DNA from: Paracoccaceae bacterium
GTDB lineage: Bacteria; Pseudomonadota; Alphaproteobacteria; Rhodobacterales; Rhodobacteraceae
NCBI GenBank assembly: GCA_013214635.1
Contig: JABSSC010000001.1
Span: 24 to 64,023 of the forward strand
DNA length: 64,000 nucleotides
Direction of reading: 5' to 3'
Part shown: positions 32,719 through 42,852 of the stretch, one piece after another
Numbering within the stretch: position 1 is the first letter of the stretch
How the letters are laid out: every line of letters begins with the position of its first letter
Translations under genes and position numbers: made by a program
Notes under the pieces: model-generated
Seen by the model: the letters and a program-made list of their open reading frames with translations, nothing else
Databases searched by the model: none
What the model was told of the DNA's origin: nothing

Positions 32719-35024
32719 CAGAACGTGGTCTCGAACGAGAAGTTAAAGTTCTGCGTTTCGTCGAACGCTTCGAACTGAAGCTGTTCGGAGAAGTCAAAGC
32801 GCACGGGGCCGATTGGCGTGTTCCAGAAAATCGAAAACCCGACTGCTGAGCGAATGCTCAAACTGGCATCGACCGATCCCGGCCCGCCAACGCCAGCGGT
32901 GTCATCCAGCCCCCAAACAGAGCCTGCGTTGTAAAACAGACCGCCTTCCAACCCGTATTCCTCCGGCAAACCCAAGGCAAAGCGTGTCTCAAGCCCAAGC
33001 ACGGCATAGAAGTTCCCGCCAAGCATATCCTGGTTGACCGAGCCCAGATCGCGCGGGCCAACGCCGCGGCTGGCAAATCCGCGCAGGTTGCTGGACGACG
33101 TCGAGAACCGGTCGATGATCCGGCTGTTGCCCTCAAGAAAGTTGATCGCGCCGCCTTCAAACAAAAGCCGCACGCCCGCTTCTTCATTAAAGATCTGACG
33201 CGTGCCCTCAAACCTTGTGAAGGTACGGACATAGGTGTTGTCGCCGCCCAGACCCGCAAAATCCTGACCAAAGGCCAAGAGGATTCCGGCATTCGGGTTC
33301 AGTCCGGAACTGCGGGTGTCATAGCTTAGCGAATACCCAACCAGGCTGGTTAGAAGCGCCCCTTCTTCGCGCTGCAGAATGGGCGAGCTGTCTTGGCTGA
33401 CGTTAAAGATATCATCCTGCGAGAGCTCATAACTCACCCCCAACGAGGCGTTGTCCGAAATCGGAAACCGAAGACCTGTTTCGAACCCGATCTGGCGTGT
33501 GTCAAAGAACGTGTTGTCGAATGAGGTCTCGCGATAAAAGAGCTGCGTTGAGAACCGAAGATCGCGACCCAGGAAATACGGTTCTACGAACGATATGCTG
33601 GAATCGCTGTTCTGGGTGCCAAAGTTGATATTGACCCCCACCGTTTGACCACGACCAAGAAAATTCCGTTCGCTAAAGCCAAGAGCAACGCCCAGGCCGT
33701 TATCGACCGAGAAACTGCCGCCAAGGGTAAGCGATCCGGTAGGTTGCTCGACCACATCCACATCAACGATGACCTGGTCCGGCCCGGATCCTGGACGTGT
33801 GTTCACTTCGGCGGATTCAAAGAACCCGGTGGCCCGAATACGGTTGGCCGAACGTTCGATCTCGCGCGGGTTGAACGGGTCGCCTTCGACGACGTCAAAC
33901 CGCTGGCGGATCACACGGTCAAGTGTGGTGGCGTTCCCTTCAATATCGATACGTTCCACAAACACACGCGGCGCGCGCACCAGCTGGAATTCAACGTCGA
34001 TTGTCAGATCCCGATCGTTTCGCGTCAGAACCGGGTTAACCTGCACAAAATCCAGCTGCTGATCGATGGCCCGCCGCTCCATCCGGTCGACGTTGTTCTG
34101 AACCGCCAAGGGCGAAAACGTGTTGCCCTCGCGAATATTCAGCGCCTTTGCAAAGTCATCTGGAAGAGCTTCGGGGATTTGCGACGACACTGTCAGCCGC
34201 CCAAACTCGAACTTTTGCCCCTCGCGCACCGAAAACGTCACGAAGGTCGCGTTGCGTTCACGGCTGAACTCGGACGAGACATTCAGGACGACAAAGTCAG
34301 CATAGCCACGCGAATTGTAGAAGTCCGTCAAAAGCTGCCGGTCAAACTCGATCCGGTCTGCGATGAACGTATCGCTGCCCACAAATGTGCGCAGCAAGCC
34401 CGCCTGCTTTGAGGCCAGCACCCGCCGCAGCCGCCCGTCTGAATACGTGTTGTTGCCCACGAACGAGATCCGCTCGATCTCGACCACATTGCCCTCAACC
34501 ACCTCAAACACCAGATCGACGCGGTTGTCCTGACGGCGGATGATCTTGGGCGTGACGTTTGCGTTCAGACGTCCCTGCTGCTGGTAGATGTCGGCAATGA
34601 TACGCGCATCTTCTTCGGCGCGCTCGGGGCTGTAGGCCTGTCGAGGTTGCGTATTGAGAAACCCAAGGATCAACTCGTCATCAACTTGCGAATTGCCCTC
34701 AACCACAACGCGGCTGACCGTCGGCCACTCAACGACGTCGATGACAAGCGTGTTGCCGCGCGGCGTGATTTCCGCGCTTTCAAAGGCCCCTGACGCAATC
34801 AGCGCCTGAAGCCCGGAATTCACCTGCTCGGCGGTGACCGCTTCGCCCGGCGCAAAGCCCAGATTGGCGATGATCGTGTCCGACTGGATCCGTTGGTTGC
34901 CGTTGACGGTTATCGTGTCGAACTGCGCCGTCTGTGCGGACGCGTGGTCCGCCCCCAAACCCATAAGGCACAAACAGACCAGCATCGCTGCCAGGTTGCG
35001 CCATGCGTTTGCGATTATTTCCAT
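32718..35024 (-). CDS. bamA: outer membrane protein assembly factor BamA
   Basis: POTRA repeats plus a C-terminal beta-barrel ending ...NFNFSFETTF. Start taken at MEIIANAW (35024). Confidence 0.95.
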   Translation of the reverse strand: MEIIANAWRNLAAMLVCLCLMGLGADHASAQTAQFDTITVNGNQRIQSDTIIANLGFAPGEAVTAEQVNSGLQALIASGAFESAEITPRGNTLVIDVVEWPTVSRVVVEGNSQVDDELILGFLNTQPRQAYSPERAEEDARIIADIYQQQGRLNANVTPKIIRRQDNRVDLVFEVVEGNVVEIERISFVGNNTYSDGRLRRVLASKQAGLLRTFVGSDTFIADRIEFDRQLLTDFYNSRGYADFVVLNVSSEFSRERNATFVTFSVREGQKFEFGRLTVSSQIPEALPDDFAKALNIREGNTFSPLAVQNNVDRMERRAIDQQLDFVQVNPVLTRNDRDLTIDVEFQLVRAPRVFVERIDIEGNATTLDRVIRQRFDVVEGDPFNPREIERSANRIRATGFFESAEVNTRPGSGPDQVIVDVDVVEQPTGSLTLGGSFSVDNGLGVALGFSERNFLGRGQTVGVNINFGTQNSDSSISFVEPYFLGRDLRFSTQLFYRETSFDNTFFDTRQIGFETGLRFPISDNASLGVSYELSQDDIFNVSQDSSPILQREEGALLTSLVGYSLSYDTRSSGLNPNAGILLAFGQDFAGLGGDNTYVRTFTRFEGTRQIFNEEAGVRLLFEGGAINFLEGNSRIIDRFSTSSSNLRGFASRGVGPRDLGSVNQDMLGGNFYAVLGLETRFALGLPEEYGLEGGLFYNAGSVWGLDDTAGVGGPGSVDASLSIRSAVGFSIFWNTPIGPVRFDFSEQLQFEAFDETQNFNFSFETTF

Positions 35025-35130
35025 TGCTTCTGCCCGCCTGCAATCTTCTTGCATGACTGGGTAAAAGGTCCGGGATGGGATGTCAAAAACTGCGTGGACT
35101 TAAGCGAGATTTTGCCCGCGACACGCGCCT

Positions 35131-35277
35131 TTAATGCGTCAGTGTCTCAAGCGCATAGCTGCCCAGAAAACCACCTGCCGCCAAGGCAAGCGCGACCGTT
35201 CCAACATAGATGAAACGATCAAAATTCAGCGACATCAACAGGGACAGCCCACGATATCCATGTACGATTGCTGTCAT
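35131..35277 (-). CDS. candidate 48-aa single-pass membrane protein (not in ORF track, <60 aa)
   Basis: ATG 35277 with a GGAG SD 7 nt upstream. MTAIVHGYRGLSLLMSLNFDRFIYVGTVALALAAGGFLGSYALETLTH. GC3 is only about 50 percent. Confidence 0.25.
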   Translation of the reverse strand: MTAIVHGYRGLSLLMSLNFDRFIYVGTVALALAAGGFLGSYALETLTH

Positions 35278-35341
35278 TGCAACGCTCCGCCGTTCTGCTC
35301 GCGTCAGACATAGCGTTCAACTTTGACCGAAATGGGGCGCG

Positions 35342-36682
35342 TTAAGGGCAGAAAAGGTCGTTTGACACCGCAAACAGCATCAAGGTCGCCATCAAAGCGA
35401 GGCCTGTTCCCATGAGCACGCGCAGCGCGCGATCGCTGGGCGGACGGCCTGTGATCGCCTCAAACGCGTGGAACACCAGATGCCCACCATCAAGCACCGG
35501 AATCGGGAACAGGTTTAGCAACCCGACCGCCGTTGACAGCACCGCAATGAACCAGATGAAGCTCAGCCAGCCCTGGCTTGCCGCTGCGCCGGATGTCTCG
35601 GCAATCCCAATCGGTCCGCGCAAGTTGCAGGTCGAAATCGCACCGGCCGCCATGTGATAGAGCCCCGACAGGGATGAGCGGATCACGAAGGCCGTCTGCT
35701 CAACACCGTAAGACAACGCCTCTCCAATACCGGGCGTCTCTGCCGCCGGATCAAAAAGCATCCCGCCTGTCACGCCAATAAGCCAGCGGGTTTCGAACCC
35801 GCCGTCCTGAAGGGGCAAATCAACCCGCTTGGGCGTCATCTCAAAGGCCAGCGTCTCTCCCCCGCGCCAGACGTCGAGCGCAAGGGGGGAGCCATCGCTT
35901 TCCCCCACGATCTCGCGCAACTCTGCGAAGGTCACGACTTCGGTGCCGTCAATGGCGGTAATCACGTCGTCGGCCTCAAGCCCGGCGGCCAGTGCTGCAC
36001 CATCGGGTTGGACCGCCAGAACAATCGGAGGCATTGGATGGGGGGCGAGAATATCCATCTCACGCCCATCGCGCGCCACGGTATAGGTCAGCGCCTCTGC
36101 CGTTGGCAGCTCGTCAATAACGGTGGCGAGCGTTTCGCTGTCCGGGGCCGGATTGCCCTCGATCGCGATGATCTGATCGCCTGGCAGCAGCTCTTGCGCC
36201 TCAAACGGCACAGCCCGCACGGTATCGACCGTGATCGGATCCGTGGCGACCCCGCGGATCATCAAAACGCAAGCAAAGATCAGAAAAGACAGGACAAAGT
36301 TGAACACAGGACCCGCAGCCACGGTCGCTGCCCGCGCCCAAAGCGGTGCGCCGTGCATCGTATGGCGTCGATCCTCGGCGCTCAGACGCGACATGGTCTC
36401 TTCATCGGCGCGGTCGGACGCCGCACTCGCATCGCCCAGAAATTTCACATAGCCGCCAAAGGGCAACGCCGCGATTTGCCATTGCGTGCCGCGTTCATCA
36501 ATGCGCGAGAACAGCACAGGACCAAACCCGATTGAGAACACCTCGGCATGGATCCCGCTCCACCGTCCAACGATGTAATGGCCGTATTCATGGATCGCCA
36601 CGATGATCGACAGCGCCAGAATGAAAGCGCCAATCGTATAGATGAGCCCGCCGAATGTCGGGATCAGCCCGAATAGATCCAT
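35342..36682 (-). CDS. rseP: RIP zinc metalloprotease RseP
   Basis: HEYGHY zinc motif, PDZ region, C-terminal NLFPIPVLDGGH. Confidence 0.92.
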   Translation of the reverse strand: MDLFGLIPTFGGLIYTIGAFILALSIIVAIHEYGHYIVGRWSGIHAEVFSIGFGPVLFSRIDERGTQWQIAALPFGGYVKFLGDASAASDRADEETMSRLSAEDRRHTMHGAPLWARAATVAAGPVFNFVLSFLIFACVLMIRGVATDPITVDTVRAVPFEAQELLPGDQIIAIEGNPAPDSETLATVIDELPTAEALTYTVARDGREMDILAPHPMPPIVLAVQPDGAALAAGLEADDVITAIDGTEVVTFAELREIVGESDGSPLALDVWRGGETLAFEMTPKRVDLPLQDGGFETRWLIGVTGGMLFDPAAETPGIGEALSYGVEQTAFVIRSSLSGLYHMAAGAISTCNLRGPIGIAETSGAAASQGWLSFIWFIAVLSTAVGLLNLFPIPVLDGGHLVFHAFEAITGRPPSDRALRVLMGTGLALMATLMLFAVSNDLFCP

Positions 36683-36689
36683 ATACCCG

Positions 36690-37862
36690 TTACCCTTGTC
36701 GCGCCGCGATCAAATTTCTGGCCGTCTCCCGTGCCAGATGGTCCACTTCATGCACCTGATCAAGGGTGATCGCGGCATTGGCAAGGCAATCATCGGTCAT
36801 CTTTTCGAGCGTAGCCTCAACAACCTCTGCCATTTCCAGAAATCCGATACGCCCTTCGATGAACCCGTCCAGAGCTGTTTCTTTGGCCGCGTTGAAGATC
36901 GCGCCAGCGTAGCCGCCCGTCTCCATCACGTCCCGCGCCAGTCGCAAGGCCGGGTGGCGTGCCTCATCTGGTTCACGGAAGGTCAGCGTGCCCACTTTGG
37001 CCAGATCCAGCCGCTCCACCGGCACATTCCCACGGTCCGGCCAATACAAGGCATACCCGATCGCGTGGCGCATATCCGGCGGTCCGACATGGGCCATCAG
37101 CCCGCCATCGGCAAACCCGACCATGGCATGGACCAGACTTTCGGGGTGGATCAGCACCTCAATCTGATCGGGCCTGAACCCGAAAAGCTCTTTGGCTTCA
37201 ATCAGCTCCAAGGCCTTGTTGAACAAGCTGGCAGAATCAATCGTGATCCTCTGCCCCATATCCCAGTTCGGGTGAGAGGAGGCTTCGGCCAGCGTTGCGG
37301 TCTTGAGCCTCTCAAGTGGCCAATCCCGGAAAGCACCGCCCGACGCGGTGATGATGACCCGCTCGACCTCATCCCGCTTTTCCCCGACAAGTGCCTGAAA
37401 TATCGCGCTGTGTTCGCTGTCCACGGGCAAAAGCGTGGCGTCATTGGCCTCAGCCGTGGCCAGAACAAGCGGCCCCGCGGCGACCATCGATTCCTTGTTG
37501 GCCAGCGCCAGTGTCGCGCCCTGCTCCAACGCGGCAATCCCGGGCGACAGGCCCGCAGCGCCCACTATCGCCGACATCACCCAGTCAGAGGGGCGCGCCG
37601 CAGCTTCATCAATCGCGGCTTTGCCGGCCGCAGCCTCGATCCCTGTGCCTTCGAGGGCGGCGCGCAACTCGGGCAAGCGCGCCTCATCCGCAGTGACCGC
37701 GATATCGGCGCGCAGGCGCTGTGCCTGATCGGCAAGCCGCGCAACATTGCTGCCCGCGGTCAGGGCGACGATGTCAAACGCGTCTGGATCAGCCTCGATA
37801 AGATCAATCGTGTTGCACCCAATCGATCCCGTGGCGCCCAGAATACTGACGCGCTTCGTCAT
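36690..37862 (-). CDS. dxr: 1-deoxy-D-xylulose-5-phosphate reductoisomerase
   Basis: VSILGATGSIG, LANKESMV, DSEHSAIFQ, NWDMG. Confidence 0.95.
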   Translation of the reverse strand: MTKRVSILGATGSIGCNTIDLIEADPDAFDIVALTAGSNVARLADQAQRLRADIAVTADEARLPELRAALEGTGIEAAAGKAAIDEAAARPSDWVMSAIVGAAGLSPGIAALEQGATLALANKESMVAAGPLVLATAEANDATLLPVDSEHSAIFQALVGEKRDEVERVIITASGGAFRDWPLERLKTATLAEASSHPNWDMGQRITIDSASLFNKALELIEAKELFGFRPDQIEVLIHPESLVHAMVGFADGGLMAHVGPPDMRHAIGYALYWPDRGNVPVERLDLAKVGTLTFREPDEARHPALRLARDVMETGGYAGAIFNAAKETALDGFIEGRIGFLEMAEVVEATLEKMTDDCLANAAITLDQVHEVDHLARETARNLIAARQG

Positions 37863-38650
37863 TGGCTGAGGCCCGGGATGGGCGTGATCTGGGCCACAAG
37901 CAGCATGAACAAGGACGCCCCCAACAGCCCGTCGAACCGGTCGTAAAGGCCCCCGTGACCGGGAAGAAGGTCGGAGCTGTCTTTTGCGCCTACATGCCGC
38001 TTCAACGCACTTTCCGCGATATCACCGAATTGGGCCGCGAGTGACGCCAGAACGGAAATCCACACGATATCACGGCCCGCATTGGTGAAGGTCAGAAAGA
38101 TCGCGCCGATAATCGCGGCACAGACCCAGCCCGCTATGGTGCCAGACCATGTTTTGTTGGGGCTGACGCGCGGCCAGAACTTGGGCCCGCCGATGGATTT
38201 GCCCGCGAAATACCCTGCGATATCCGTGGCCACCACCAACAGCACGAGCCACAACAGCCAAACGACCCCGTGCTCGGCGCGAAAATCACTTAATCCATAG
38301 GCCGCCACCTGAATGGCGACCGCAAAGATCAGGAACAGCCGCCGCCGTTGCGTCAGGATGAAATAGCCAAGGATCGGCGGCAGAAACGCCAACGGGAACC
38401 GCAAGGCGCCGGGCAAATCCGGGGCCAACTGCACCGTCGCGACCGCCAGAATACCCACCAAAGCGGCGCGGTCGGCAACCGTCGGATCGACAAGGCGCGC
38501 GACCTCCCACACCATGATCCCGGCACTAATGGCACAAAGCGCAAGGAACACCGGTCCACCGGCGAACATCGCGCCGACGCCAACAATTGCAAGGGATCCG
38601 CCTGTTATGACGCGCGGACGCAGGTCCGCCCAACGTCCGTCACCGCTCAT
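37859..38650 (-). CDS. cdsA: phosphatidate cytidylyltransferase
   Basis: Polytopic membrane protein ending with the CTP-transferase signature SALKRHVGAKDSSDLLPGHGGLYDRFD. Confidence 0.9.
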   Translation of the reverse strand: MSGDGRWADLRPRVITGGSLAIVGVGAMFAGGPVFLALCAISAGIMVWEVARLVDPTVADRAALVGILAVATVQLAPDLPGALRFPLAFLPPILGYFILTQRRRLFLIFAVAIQVAAYGLSDFRAEHGVVWLLWLVLLVVATDIAGYFAGKSIGGPKFWPRVSPNKTWSGTIAGWVCAAIIGAIFLTFTNAGRDIVWISVLASLAAQFGDIAESALKRHVGAKDSSDLLPGHGGLYDRFDGLLGASLFMLLVAQITPIPGLSQ

Positions 38651-39372
38651 CCCGGAACGGCACCAAACCGGCGCTTGCGCCCGGCAAAGCTGTGCACCAC
38701 GCGGCCAAATTCATCCGCCGTGAAGTCCGGCCAGAGCGTGTCGACGAACTCGTACTCGGCATAGGCCGACTGCCACAGCAGGAAGTTCGAGATCCGCGCC
38801 TCGCCACTGGTGCGAATGACCAGATCGGGATCGGGCAGAACATAGGTGTCCAGAAAGCGGGCCAGCGTTTCGGCATCGACGGTTTCGGGGTCGATATGGC
38901 CCTGGGCCACTTCGCGCGCCAGACGCTTGGTCGCGCGCGCCACCTCATCGCGCCCGCCATAGTTCAGCGCGATGGTCAAATGCACTTTCGTGTTGTCGGC
39001 GGTCAGAAGCTCAAGCTCGTCCATCATCCGCACAAGCGTGTCGTCAAGCTTGATCCGGTCGCCAATGAACCGCACCCGCACGCCGTTTTTGAAAAGCGAC
39101 TGCGCCTCTTTCGTCAGGTACCGGCGGAAGAGCTTCATCAACCCCGACACTTCGGCCTGCGTCCGTTTCCAGTTCTCGGTCGAGAAGGCAAAGATGGTGA
39201 GGTATTTCACACCCAGATCCGGGCACGCCTCGACCACCTCGCGCACGCGCTTGGCTCCGGCATGGTGACCGTAGAGCCGCGGTTTGCCGCGTGACTGCGC
39301 CCAACGGCCATTGCCATCCATGATGATGGCCACATGGCGCGGCGCCGCGGGGGTATCTTTTGCGTTTGGCAC
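38647..39372 (-). CDS. uppS: isoprenyl transferase (undecaprenyl diphosphate synthase)
   Basis: HVAIIMDGNGRWA, FAFSTENWKR, RTSGEARISNFLLWQ. Confidence 0.93.
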   Translation of the reverse strand: MPNAKDTPAAPRHVAIIMDGNGRWAQSRGKPRLYGHHAGAKRVREVVEACPDLGVKYLTIFAFSTENWKRTQAEVSGLMKLFRRYLTKEAQSLFKNGVRVRFIGDRIKLDDTLVRMMDELELLTADNTKVHLTIALNYGGRDEVARATKRLAREVAQGHIDPETVDAETLARFLDTYVLPDPDLVIRTSGEARISNFLLWQSAYAEYEFVDTLWPDFTADEFGRVVHSFAGRKRRFGAVPG

Positions 39373-39407
39373 GATTGCTGCTCCTGAAACCGTTCGCCGA
39401 TCCGCCC

Positions 39408-39974
39408 CTAGACCTGCATTATTTCTTCTTGCTTACTCATTAATGCTGCGTCGATGCTGCCAATCGCATCATCTGTCAGCGTCTGAACTTCATCCGACCA
39501 AATCTTGTGGTCATCTTCAGACATGCCGTCATTTTTCGCTTTTTTCAACTGGTCCATGCCGTCACGGCGCACATTGCGCACGGCAACACGTGCATTTTCT
39601 GCGTATTGCGCCGCCACACGCGTCAGCTCACGCCGGCGTTCTTCGTTGAGTTCTGGGATGGGCAGACGAATGATCGTGCCGTCAACGACCGGGTTGATGC
39701 CCAATCCACTTTCGCGGATTGCCTTTTCCACCTTTTGAACCATCGACTTGTCCCAGACATTGACGGTCAGCATGCGCGGCTCGGGCACGTTCACCGTGCC
39801 GACCTGATTGATGGGCGTCATCTGGCCATAGGCATCGACCTGCACCGGCTCAAGCATCGTGCCCGAGGCGCGCCCTGTGCGCAGCGTGCCGAATTCCGCG
39901 CGCAGCGCAGCCATCGCGCCGTCCATGCGGCGTTTGAGATCGTCGAGATCTGGATCTTGGGGTTCGTCTGACAT
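39408..39974 (-). CDS. frr: ribosome recycling factor
   Basis: [20 protein letters not shown]..., [10 protein letters not shown]. Start taken at MSDEPQD (39974). Confidence 0.95.
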   Translation of the reverse strand: MSDEPQDPDLDDLKRRMDGAMAALRAEFGTLRTGRASGTMLEPVQVDAYGQMTPINQVGTVNVPEPRMLTVNVWDKSMVQKVEKAIRESGLGINPVVDGTIIRLPIPELNEERRRELTRVAAQYAENARVAVRNVRRDGMDQLKKAKNDGMSEDDHKIWSDEVQTLTDDAIGSIDAALMSKQEEIMQV

Positions 39975-40034
39975 GTCTTCTCGAATCTTGGCGTCTTGAT
40001 TTGCCACTCGCGCGGCAGCGGCGCCTCTATAACG

Positions 40035-40775
40035 TTAATCGGACACGATTGTATAGGTGCCGTCCCCCGCCAGGATGCCGCGGAAGCCGCCGGGCTCGTC
40101 CAGCGAGAACACGATGATGGGCAGGTTGTTGTCCCGCGCCAGCGCGATGGCCGACGCATCCATGACGCCCAGATGCTTTTGCAGGACGTCATCATAGGTG
40201 ATCCGGTCATAGCGTACCGCATCATCGAACTTGACCGGGTCTTTGTCATAGACACCGTCCACCTTGGTGCCTTTCAGGATCGCCTGACAGCTCATCTCAT
40301 TGGCGCGCAGCGTCGCGGCGGTATCGGTGGTAAAATAGGGATTGCCCGTTCCTGCGGCAAAGATGATGACGCGCTTCTTTTCCAAGTGTCGCACAGCGCG
40401 GCGGCGGATATATGGTTCCGCGACCTCATCCATCCGAATGGCCGAGATCACGCGCGTATGGATGCCAAGCGCCTCCAACGCGGCCTGCATCGCGAGCGCG
40501 TTCATCACCGTGGCGAGCATCCCCATATAGTCGGCGGTCGTCCGCTCCATCCCCTGCGCGCTGCCCTGCAGCCCGCGAAAGATATTGCCGCCTCCGATGA
40601 CCATGCAGATCTCGGTGCCCATGTCGTGGACGTTTTTGACCTCTTGCGCGATGCGCGTCACCGTTGGCGGATGAAGGCCATAACCCTGATCGCCCATCAG
40701 CGCTTCGCCAGAGATTTTCAGTAGCACCCGATCGAAGGCCGGGTTGGGTCCGCCTGAGTTGTCTGAACCATCCAT
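40035..40775 (-). CDS. pyrH: UMP kinase
   Basis: [37 protein letters not shown]. Confidence 0.95.
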   Translation of the reverse strand: MDGSDNSGGPNPAFDRVLLKISGEALMGDQGYGLHPPTVTRIAQEVKNVHDMGTEICMVIGGGNIFRGLQGSAQGMERTTADYMGMLATVMNALAMQAALEALGIHTRVISAIRMDEVAEPYIRRRAVRHLEKKRVIIFAAGTGNPYFTTDTAATLRANEMSCQAILKGTKVDGVYDKDPVKFDDAVRYDRITYDDVLQKHLGVMDASAIALARDNNLPIIVFSLDEPGGFRGILAGDGTYTIVSD

Positions 40776-40816
40776 ATCGCGCCCTCGTGTCGTGCTGTCT
40801 TTTGCTTGGGCGGAAA

Positions 40817-41746
40817 ATGTCGGAAACTGCGCGCCAATTCAATTGCCAAAGGCAGGCTCACGCCGTGTTTTCCGCCCTTCTTGATCAGATCGACCCGGAT
40901 CGACCGGTTCTGATCGCTGGACCTACGGCCAGCGGCAAGTCTGCCCTGGCGCTTGAGATTGCGACGGCGCAAGGTGGCATGATCCTCAACGCTGATGCGC
41001 TTCAGGTCTTCTCTGACTGGCGGATCCTGACTGCACGGCCCAGCCCAGACGACGAAACCCGTGCGCCCCATGCGCTCTACGGCCACGTCCCTGGAACCAC
41101 TGCCTATTCGGTCGGTGCCTGGTTGCGGGATGTCGCCGCCCTACCCCAAGATGCGCGGAAGATTTTTGTCGGCGGAACAGGGCTTTACTTCGCGGCCCTC
41201 ACCGAAGGGTTGGCGCCGATCCCTGAAACGCCGCCTGAGATTCGCGCCAATGCCATGGCCCGGATTGAGGCCGAAGGTGCAGGTGCATTGCTGGCCGAGC
41301 TTGACCCGGAAACCGCCGATCGCATCGACCGGGCAAATCCGATGCGTATTCAACGTGCATGGGAAGTGCTGCAAGGCACGGGGCAAGGCTTGGCCCACTG
41401 GCAGGAGGCCACACCACCGCCAACTCTCCCTTTGGACGACGCTCAGGCGTTTGTCCTGTCCTCGGACAAAGAGTGGCTCAACGCGCGGATCGAGCGTCGC
41501 TTTGACATGATGGTCGAGGCCGGTGTGATGGATGAGGTCGCCCGGAACCGGCCCACATGGTCGCCCGCCCTGCCCTCGGCCAAAGCCATCGGTGCCGCGG
41601 AACTCATGGCGTTGCACGATGGGGACATGACTTTTGAGGCAGCGCGCGAGGCTGTCATTATCCAGACCCGCCAATATGCAAAACGGCAACGCAGCTGGTT
41701 TCGCAGCCGCATGAAAGCGTGGGAGTGGATTGACCTGAGCGGGTGA
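40817..41746 (+). CDS. miaA: tRNA dimethylallyltransferase
   Basis: [19 protein letters not shown]-loop and [14 protein letters not shown] at 40817. Confidence 0.92.
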   Translation: MSETARQFNCQRQAHAVFSALLDQIDPDRPVLIAGPTASGKSALALEIATAQGGMILNADALQVFSDWRILTARPSPDDETRAPHALYGHVPGTTAYSVGAWLRDVAALPQDARKIFVGGTGLYFAALTEGLAPIPETPPEIRANAMARIEAEGAGALLAELDPETADRIDRANPMRIQRAWEVLQGTGQGLAHWQEATPPPTLPLDDAQAFVLSSDKEWLNARIERRFDMMVEAGVMDEVARNRPTWSPALPSAKAIGAAELMALHDGDMTFEAAREAVIIQTRQYAKRQRSWFRSRMKAWEWIDLSG

Positions 41747-41787
41747 CGCCGTAGAGTCAACGTCATCGAGCGTGGGGGCGCTTACCG

Positions 41788-42618
41788 ATGAGCTTTGTTC
41801 AATCCGATCCGCTATCGCGGGCAACCACGCCGGTGCCTGACCTGCGCGTCGTTCCTATTGGCCGCATGGTCGCCGAGGGGCGGTGGCGGATTGAAGCGAT
41901 GCGCAGTTATGATCGCCCGGTGCTGATCTGGTTCACGCGCGGACAAGGCCGGATCACGATTGCCGGGGCGCAGCGCGGCTATGGGCCACATAACGCCATC
42001 TTTCTTCCGCGCGGCACGATGCACGGCTTTGACACGATCGGTCAGGTCTTTGGAACCATCTTGCACCTTCCCCGTGGCAGCGAAGACCAATGGCCTGATT
42101 CCCCAGTGCATTTGCGCTTGCGCGATGCACAGCCTCAGGGAGAACTGACCGCTCTGATCGACAGCGCGGAACGCGAGCTTGCCGGTGACCTGCCGGGCCG
42201 TGCTCGCGCGCTCGAAAGTATTACGGGCATGATTTCGGTCTGGCTTGAACGCAACATGGCTGCCGCCGTTATGGGCCCCACGGCCTCTCCCGCCGCGATA
42301 CGGCTTGTCGGGCGCTACACGGCACTTGTAGAGCAGCGGTTCACCGAGGCGCTGGGAATCGCGGAATATGCCAAGGCGCTTGGCGTGACGCCCACGCATC
42401 TGACGCGCTGCTGCAATCAGGTCGCCCACAGAACGGCACATGACATTCTGACCGACCGCAAACTCTTTGACGCGCGCCGCCGTTTGCGTGAGGAAACGGT
42501 GCCTGTGTCCGAGATCGCGCGCAACTTGGGCTTTCGCTCTCCGGCTTATTTCACAAGGGCGTTCAAAGCCAATACCGGCCAAAGCCCCACCGCGTTTCGC
42601 GCGCAACCCAGAAACTGA
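41788..42618 (+). CDS. AraC family transcriptional regulator
   Basis: N-terminal cupin-like domain and a C-terminal double HTH (YAKALGVTPTHLTRCC..., EIARNLGFRSPAYFTRAFK). Confidence 0.85.
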   Translation: MSFVQSDPLSRATTPVPDLRVVPIGRMVAEGRWRIEAMRSYDRPVLIWFTRGQGRITIAGAQRGYGPHNAIFLPRGTMHGFDTIGQVFGTILHLPRGSEDQWPDSPVHLRLRDAQPQGELTALIDSAERELAGDLPGRARALESITGMISVWLERNMAAAVMGPTASPAAIRLVGRYTALVEQRFTEALGIAEYAKALGVTPTHLTRCCNQVAHRTAHDILTDRKLFDARRRLREETVPVSEIARNLGFRSPAYFTRAFKANTGQSPTAFRAQPRN

Positions 42619-42852
42619 GCTTAACGCCGCGTAAACTGGCGCGTGTCGGTTTTTTATCGTGGCAATGTCGCTTTTGTTACACCAAAGGCCGAAAGCAACC
42701 GTTGACCTTTGCCGCTGGATGGGGAGGAATACCCGTAATGGGGAGTGATATTCACAATCGAAATCCGAATTTGCGGATGCGTCAGCATCTGCACCCCGAC
42801 GCATGGCTAAACGGCCATTCATAAGAAGTCTCGCAGGGAGAGAACAAGAGAC

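Noticed and set aside
36642-37946. 434-aa plus-strand ORF
   Set aside because: It is antisense to dxr, which has unambiguous motifs, so it is a shadow ORF.
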